Source: Desulfocapsa sulfexigens DSM 10523 (lineage in GTDB: Bacteria > Desulfobacterota > Desulfobulbia > Desulfobulbales > Desulfocapsaceae). Taken from it: a stretch of 32,000 nt of DNA. The notes below the pieces were generated by a model. It made no database searches. It saw only the letters and a program-made list of their open reading frames with translations, and was not told the DNA's origin. The stretch is from assembly GCF_000341395.1 (NCBI RefSeq), contig NC_020304.1:450001-482000 (forward strand). Reading direction: 5' to 3'. The translations under genes and the position numbers were made by a program. Positions 26,570 through 32,000 of the stretch are shown piece after piece; the first letter of the stretch is position 1; every line of letters starts with the position of its first letter.

Positions 26570-28915
26570 CTATTCTTTGCTTAAGGGCAGGGTAATAGTA
26601 AAGGTAGATCCCTGCCCTGGCTCAGATTCAACCTCCAATGTGCCCCCATGTTTATTGACAATCACATCCCGGGCAATAGCCAGCCCCTGACCGGTCCCCT
26701 TTCCAACTTCTTTGGTAGTGAAAAATGGATCAAAGACCTTGGCCTGAATCTCTGGTGGGATACCGCAACCAGTATCGCGCACACGAATCTCCATCTTATC
26801 AGCTATCTGCCGAAGCGAGATGGTAATTTGTCCCATTGCTTTATCGGGGTTATCACCCAGTTGGCGTGCAATGGCATGGGAAGAATTCACCAACAGATTG
26901 AGAAAGACCTGCCCCATTTCATCGGAAAGGCATGGAACCTGGGGTAAATTATCAGCGAAGTCCATTTCCACAGTCGCCACATATTTCCATTCATTCCGGC
27001 AGACAGTCAACGTGGTGTTAATGAGATCCGGGAGTGAAAGCATCGTCTTTTCCTTGCTGCCAGGATGGGAAAATTCTTTCATTGCCTTAACTATGGACGC
27101 AATTCGTTGTGCTCCGTCCTTGGATTGCTCAATGGCCTGAGGAAGCTCTTCAGAGAGAAATTCCCAGTCTGCATCTTTCAAAAGCGTTTCTATTTCTTCA
27201 AGCAAGTGAGGCGTGACCTTATCGTTCTTTGTCGCTATCAGCAATCGATGATACCCCTCAAGTAACATGCTGATATCCTGAAAGCTCTCATCCATAAAAC
27301 TTATATTGCTGGAGATAAATTGAGTCGGGGTATTAATCTCATGGGCAATACCGGCAGCCAATTGTCCTACTGATTCCAACTTTTGGGCATGGAGCAATTG
27401 AGACTGCAATACTTCCTTCTCCTGGGCCTCCTTTAATCTCTTGGTAATATCACGAACAATGGCAACGCACCGTCCTACTCCTTCGGCGGGTTTTACGTAC
27501 TGTAAAAAAACTTCAACAGGAATACACTTGCCAGTTTTGGTGAGATGCTCCGTGCTAAGAGTCAAAGATTCCTTCTTACCATCGAGTAGAGGGGCAATCA
27601 ATGCCCTAAATGATTCCTCGGTGAAGCTCGGCGTTATGTCCACTGGAGTCATCTTAAACAATTCTTCAGAACTATAACCAACCTGGTGTATCGCACCTTG
27701 ATTGACATAGATAAAACGAAGCGTTTCAGGTTGAAACATAAAGACGCAATCGAGAATTTGATCCAAAGTCATCTTAAACTCATTGAGAGAGCTTTGGATA
27801 CGCTTTCGTTGGGCCAACTCATGGTCAAGAACGGTCATGGTGAGTCGCAAACGACCATTGAGACGTCCGATATAGATGATTACAGTGACCCCAATGACAA
27901 GCAATATAACAAGTCCAATCAGCCAGGGTTTGTACTGGTCGACTAACTGTTGGAGTGTAATCTCTTCGACCATATCGTAGGGAGCAAATTTGATAGCCTT
28001 CAGACAGTCGTGCACTGTATTATAATCAAGAGGGATGGTCCATCCTACCATACCGGCGTTTTTTGCCGCCTCATCTCCGGGTTGCATCTGAAGCAGAGCG
28101 ACTACGACATCCCGAGCCAATTCATCATCAGTATGAGCAACCTTGGCGAAAGGCCATTCAGGATAAAGAGTTGTGGTGTGGAGATATCTGAAATCTGGAT
28201 TTGCAAGAGCCTGCGCATCCAGAACCCGAAATTGATCTAATTTTATTTTTCCTTCCTGAGCCATCTTCTCAAGAATGCCGGTTCGAACAGTTCCTGCATC
28301 GACTGTCTTCTTCAATACCGCCATTACCACGGCATCATGAGTACCACCAAAAAGAAGCTCCTGGAAATCTTTTTTGGGATCGACCTTGTGATCAAGCAGA
28401 TAACGCCACGCCATATGCCAACCACCAAATGACTTTTCATCAACCGCAATAAATCGTTTTCCCGAGAGATCTTTCACCGACTGAATATCTTTACGGTCAC
28501 TTAGGCAGAAAATTACTCCACCAAATTGAGTCATCCCCATTTCAGAGCTTTTTGTCTTCATGGTAACCATCCGAGCCTCACCATAGTGATACTCCAGATT
28601 AACGTACATGGATGAGTTGGTGATTGTAAAATCAACCTTCTCTGCTCCCACATATTGAGACATCTCGTCAAAATCTAAAGGAATAATAGAAAAAGTCTTT
28701 CCAGGAATTTTCTTTGTAAGATATGCAGCCGTGGCATCCCATTGTCGTCGGGACTTTTCTTTACCACGAAGTGCCAAGACACCTATTTTGACCTCGGCTA
28801 GCTGACTTTGATCCTTTTGTTCAGCAAAAACCGAAACTGGAAAGATCAAAAAGAGGCAAAATATTAAAATTATAACGAATAATGAGTAAAAAGTTAGGTT
28901 GTATTGCCTTTTCAT
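26570..28915 (-). CDS. Sensor histidine kinase with N-terminal PhnD-like (type 2 PBP) periplasmic domain, TM, PAS, HisKA, HATPase_c
   Basis: A signal/TM segment is followed by VKIGVLALRGKEKSRRQWDATAAYLTKKIPGKTFSIIPLDFDEM...FTITNSSMY (phosphonate-binding-protein-like). There is a second TM (LIGLVILLVIGVTVIIYIG). H-box AAGIAHEINTPTQF, then LLVNSSHAI, DTGCGIP and GTGQGLAIARDV. Confidence 0.9.
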   Translation of the reverse strand: MKRQYNLTFYSLFVIILIFCLFLIFPVSVFAEQKDQSQLAEVKIGVLALRGKEKSRRQWDATAAYLTKKIPGKTFSIIPLDFDEMSQYVGAEKVDFTITNSSMYVNLEYHYGEARMVTMKTKSSEMGMTQFGGVIFCLSDRKDIQSVKDLSGKRFIAVDEKSFGGWHMAWRYLLDHKVDPKKDFQELLFGGTHDAVVMAVLKKTVDAGTVRTGILEKMAQEGKIKLDQFRVLDAQALANPDFRYLHTTTLYPEWPFAKVAHTDDELARDVVVALLQMQPGDEAAKNAGMVGWTIPLDYNTVHDCLKAIKFAPYDMVEEITLQQLVDQYKPWLIGLVILLVIGVTVIIYIGRLNGRLRLTMTVLDHELAQRKRIQSSLNEFKMTLDQILDCVFMFQPETLRFIYVNQGAIHQVGYSSEELFKMTPVDITPSFTEESFRALIAPLLDGKKESLTLSTEHLTKTGKCIPVEVFLQYVKPAEGVGRCVAIVRDITKRLKEAQEKEVLQSQLLHAQKLESVGQLAAGIAHEINTPTQFISSNISFMDESFQDISMLLEGYHRLLIATKNDKVTPHLLEEIETLLKDADWEFLSEELPQAIEQSKDGAQRIASIVKAMKEFSHPGSKEKTMLSLPDLINTTLTVCRNEWKYVATVEMDFADNLPQVPCLSDEMGQVFLNLLVNSSHAIARQLGDNPDKAMGQITISLRQIADKMEIRVRDTGCGIPPEIQAKVFDPFFTTKEVGKGTGQGLAIARDVIVNKHGGTLEVESEPGQGSTFTITLPLSKE

Positions 28916-29478
28916 ATCCGTCTATTTTTTATAGGTTAATAAGGAAAACGTCGAATACTCTTGCACAAGAACATCTGAAAAAAAAATCATCCACAGGAAC
29001 AATGAACACAGGGTGACTCTTAGGTAACCCCAAATATTACAAAGAGAATCGAAAACTCGTTCACCGCTTATCAAACGGTCAAGAAACCGTATAGTTTTTT
29101 TTTCGAATAGAAACGAAGCTCAACATTGAAAATGTTATCGCACGGTAATATTCAAGTCAAGGAATTGCGAATAAATACACAGCCCCAGAATTAGCTGGCT
29201 GCCCGACAAACCCTCTTGTCATATTGCAGACCTTGGGCTACCCGGTACGATGATTTCGTTTGTTGGGGGGGGAAACCTACGGCGGAATATTTCAAAGACA
29301 ATACTATCCCAACACTTCTTAAAGAAGTGTCGTAATCAGCTGTTACTCTAGCCCATATTTCTCTTGTTTTTTCAAACGCTTAACATGCTATAATCCTGAA
29401 CCTGATACGTCCATAAATGGCAAACGGTTTGTTAATAAAATGTTCACCAAAGGCAAGTGGATATAAATTACTGAGATA

Positions 29479-30852
29479 CTACAATTTAGCATCAATCTGC
29501 AATGCCATATCGGTATCACTCAAGGTACCAACTAATTGTTTAAAATGAATCAGAGTTGTTATGTAGCTATATCTTGCATTCTGATACCTATTACTTACAA
29601 TAAAAAAATCCCTTTGCACATTGAGGACATCAAGCATGGGCTGTAAGCCCTCTTTGAAATTTTCCTCTTTTATTTGCAAAGATTTCCTATTGGCTTCCAC
29701 TGCATTTTTATAGGCTTCAATGGATACAAGAATTCTCTGCAGACTGTTCCAGGTCGCTGTTGTTTGACGAACAATGGAGCGTTGAGTTGCAACGATACGC
29801 TGTTTTGCCGCCCTGTAACGTTTCTCCCTGGCAATGAAATCTGCCAGATCACGTCCACCACTAAGGAGTTCCATTTGCAGTTTTATTCCACAATCCGTAC
29901 GATCGCGCTCCCAGCCATAGCCGTTCAAATCATCACTAGGGCTGGTTCGTTCATACTCAACAAAGAAGTTGAGAGCAGGCAGAAACCGTCCCATGCTGAT
30001 TTTTTCATCCAGCCGTGCAGCTTCTGATTGCAACCTGCTGATACTGCAATCAACATTATTTTCTTTGGCAGTTTGCAGCCAGTACTCAAAATCATTTCCA
30101 AGTAACTCAAAAAAACTGTCCTCTTCATCAAGCCCTTTCAGTTCCTCCAATACAGGTTCGCCAAGAGTTTCCGAAAGAGCCTCTCTGGCATCCACCAGCT
30201 TAGCCTCCTGAACAGCAGAGATAGCCTTTGTGGTTTCATAGCGGGCCAGAATATCATACAAAGCCGATTGATCCTCTAATCCTAGTGCATGACCGGTTCT
30301 TGCTGTCTCTAACTGGCTCTCCAGAATCTGAAGTTTAGCATTGGCAAATTTCAGCTCATCCTGAGCGGAAACTTGTGCAAAATACCGTTCAACAACCCGT
30401 ACAACGAGCTGCTCACGTGCCTTTCTAAGTTCCATGGCAGCGATGTCCATTTCACAACTCCCCCGCCTCGCCCTGTATATTTTTTCCAGGTCAATTAGGG
30501 GTTGCTCCAGAATAACAGCAACCTCATCGTCATAAAAATTGAGATGACGATCTTCAAGCTCGGCTATATCTTCAGGAGAGTACTCCAGATTACTGCGCAT
30601 AATCTTGCCGGAGACCGCAAGCCTTGGCCCAAGGGCTGCAACCTGCGCCCAACCATCGGCGTTCTTTGCCTCGGCGTCCATTTGCTCTACCTTAAAACGA
30701 GCATCGTTCTCCTGTGCAATTCTCAATGCGGTCACGAGATCAAGAGCAAAAGCCGATATCCCCATGACATGCAGGAACAAACAGGCAATAAGGCAAGACA
30801 GGATCTTTTTCAATCGGATATTAATGAACGGTTCCTCCCGACTCATCTTCAC
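29479..30852 (-). CDS. TolC-family outer membrane efflux / type I secretion protein
   Basis: 457 aa with a signal peptide (ILSCLIACLFLHVMGISAFA). It has the two-repeat coiled-coil organisation and motifs such as LDLVTALRIAQENDARF, typical of OEP/TolC proteins. The start (M1 or M3) overlaps the upstream acyltransferase gene by 26-32 nt. Confidence 0.85.
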   Translation of the reverse strand: MKMSREEPFINIRLKKILSCLIACLFLHVMGISAFALDLVTALRIAQENDARFKVEQMDAEAKNADGWAQVAALGPRLAVSGKIMRSNLEYSPEDIAELEDRHLNFYDDEVAVILEQPLIDLEKIYRARRGSCEMDIAAMELRKAREQLVVRVVERYFAQVSAQDELKFANAKLQILESQLETARTGHALGLEDQSALYDILARYETTKAISAVQEAKLVDAREALSETLGEPVLEELKGLDEEDSFFELLGNDFEYWLQTAKENNVDCSISRLQSEAARLDEKISMGRFLPALNFFVEYERTSPSDDLNGYGWERDRTDCGIKLQMELLSGGRDLADFIAREKRYRAAKQRIVATQRSIVRQTTATWNSLQRILVSIEAYKNAVEANRKSLQIKEENFKEGLQPMLDVLNVQRDFFIVSNRYQNARYSYITTLIHFKQLVGTLSDTDMALQIDAKL

Positions 30853-31366
30853 CTGAAGCGGTTTTCCCTTTTAGGGGTTGGAGTTTACGAGCAGTGATTC
30901 CACCTGTTTTGGGATCGGGAGCAGCCAATCGTATAACTTTACCTGGAAATTCATTTAGCTGGAGGTCATGCAACATGTTCTCCACCCCACCAAAGGGTGC
31001 CACGATATCGATAATCCATAGGCGATCACCACAATTCCAGTCTTCGGGGCGTAATTTTCCACCGTTTGCAAAAAGCCTGGCTTCTGCCTCTTTATTTAAG
31101 AAGGCCCAACTGATAAAAGAAGTTGGATACTCCTTTTTCATGAAGAGTTTACATTGCCCGGCTATGAGTGGTGGCATAAGCAGCCATTCCAGGTCAGCGA
31201 TAAAATGATAACGTCTGTGAGACGACTGCATATAAAGCAACAACACGGGTCCCATCGCTGGCAAGCGTTTCAGGATTTTCATGGATTGCTTATGAATTTC
31301 TTCTTTAAAAGCTTCGTTATCTACCGCTTCTGCGGTTTTAATCTTATCGTCCTTCTTTTGGCTCAT
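30821..31366 (-). CDS. RTX toxin-activating lysine acyltransferase (HlyC/CyaC/RtxC family)
   Basis: YPTSFISWAFLNKEAEARL...LRPEDWNCGDRLWIIDIVAPFGG is colinear with E. coli HlyC (YPVAYCSWANLS...EDWTSGDRKWFIDWIAPFG). The start lies 2 nt after the hlyD-like stop. An alternative start at M29 (31282) is possible. Confidence 0.9.
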   Translation of the reverse strand: MSQKKDDKIKTAEAVDNEAFKEEIHKQSMKILKRLPAMGPVLLLYMQSSHRRYHFIADLEWLLMPPLIAGQCKLFMKKEYPTSFISWAFLNKEAEARLFANGGKLRPEDWNCGDRLWIIDIVAPFGGVENMLHDLQLNEFPGKVIRLAAPDPKTGGITARKLQPLKGKTASGEDESGGTVH

Positions 31367-31368
31367 CT

Positions 31369-32000
31369 CTATGACTCCCGTAAACTTTGATCTTTATAGC
31401 GTAGCATTGGTCCCAGAAAATAATGGATGACACGTCTTTTTCCTACTTTTATATCGGTGGTAACCGTCATTCCGGGTAAAATTTGTCCCTGTTTCCCATT
31501 AATAACATTGGGTAATTGATAACTGTCCACAGAGATCCGTATGGGATATATCGCCCCCAGTTGTTCATCCATAACAGCATCCCTGCCGACCCATTCAATC
31601 TCACCTTCAAGATCACCATGGCGGGTAAAGGGATAGGCAGCCACCTTAACAGATGCATTTTGACCAATGGAGACAAACCCGATATCCTTGTTAAGCAGTT
31701 TCGCCTCTATCTCAAACCCACTGTCCATGGGGACGATGGTCATCAGTGGTTGAGCAGATGTAACAACTCCACCAACGGTATTAATTGCGAGTTGTTGCAC
31801 AATTCCATCCACCGGTGAGCGCAGTTCCCGGTTAACAAATTTATTTTTGGCCTTGGTGAGATGCTGGACCAATGCCTCCTGTTTCTTTTGGGCTTCTGTC
31901 AGCTCTTTGAGCAGTTCTTTTTTATATTCACTCTCCCACAACTGCTTTTCATCCTTTCTTTGTGAAAAACTGAGTTCAAGCTCTTTCATCCTGTTTTTTT
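31369..32000 (-). CDS. HlyD-family type I secretion membrane fusion protein (C-terminal part; 5-prime end beyond the window)
   Basis: The frame is open to base 32000. LRSPVDGIVQQLAINTVGGVVTSAQPLMTIVP...LNKDIGFV..GQ.A.VKV.A.PFTR.G...G.I..V..DA and the C-terminal GMTVTTDIKVGKRRVIHYFLGP are typical of HlyD/LapC-type MFPs. Confidence 0.9.
   Translation of the reverse strand, partial: KNRMKELELSFSQRKDEKQLWESEYKKELLKELTEAQKKQEALVQHLTKAKNKFVNRELRSPVDGIVQQLAINTVGGVVTSAQPLMTIVPMDSGFEIEAKLLNKDIGFVSIGQNASVKVAAYPFTRHGDLEGEIEWVGRDAVMDEQLGAIYPIRISVDSYQLPNVINGKQGQILPGMTVTTDIKVGKRRVIHYFLGPMLRYKDQSLRES

Noticed and set aside
26063-26595. ORFs of 110 aa (26063-26395) and 94 aa (26311-26595) across the GNAT 3-prime end and the intergenic region.
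   Set aside because: The first overlaps the well-supported GNAT frame. The second starts at a non-ATG codon, runs through the inverted-repeat element and the tolC remnant, and has no family resemblance.
1-32000. Whole-window search by eye for CRISPR arrays, IS/transposase or integrase genes, toxin-antitoxin pairs, restriction-modification or other defence genes.
   Set aside because: I saw no regularly spaced direct repeats. No ORF has transposase (DDE), integrase (tyrosine or serine recombinase), methyltransferase or typical defence-domain motifs. recBCD here is the ordinary housekeeping operon.

Overview
This window looks like ordinary chromosome from a Desulfobacterota (delta-proteobacterial, sulfate-reducer-like) genome. 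That lineage call is inference from protein families such as the DVU0298-like HEAT protein, and I computed no GC value. Gene content in order: a fumarate-hydratase beta fragment and an L-cysteine desulfidase-like gene. Next is a U32 (TrhP/YegQ-like) gene divergent from a tight mnmA-mtaB-cinA-recA string. A minus-strand run follows: HEAT-repeat protein, CN-hydrolase::RfaE-II fusion, ferritin, secreted CAP-domain protein, a Cys-rich/cNMP-binding/DUF4388 protein and a small membrane protein. After a 507-bp AT-rich divergent control region come a LivK-type lipoprotein and a hybrid histidine kinase. Then come a compact recC-recB-recD operon, a phosphinothricin-type GNAT acetyltransferase, and a PhnD-like-domain histidine kinase. 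The window ends with the distal part of a type I secretion operon (hlyD-like, hlyC-like acyltransferase, tolC-like). I found no rRNA, tRNA, CRISPR array, transposase, integrase or recognisable defence island. I also found no convincing undescribed multi-gene system. The best leads are: (1) the CN-hydrolase::heptose-1-P adenylyltransferase fusion, co-transcribed with the HEAT protein; (2) the three-module cNMP protein with a four-cysteine N-terminal domain; (3) a decayed 3-prime tolC fragment 3.1 kb from the intact tolC, containing a near-identical 31-nt core, next to a 75-bp nested inverted-repeat element; (4) an RTX-type acyltransferase sitting between the membrane fusion protein (MFP) and outer membrane protein (OMP) genes; and (5) palindrome-rich long intergenic regions. 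All functional calls rest on motif recognition by eye and need HMM/BLAST confirmation.
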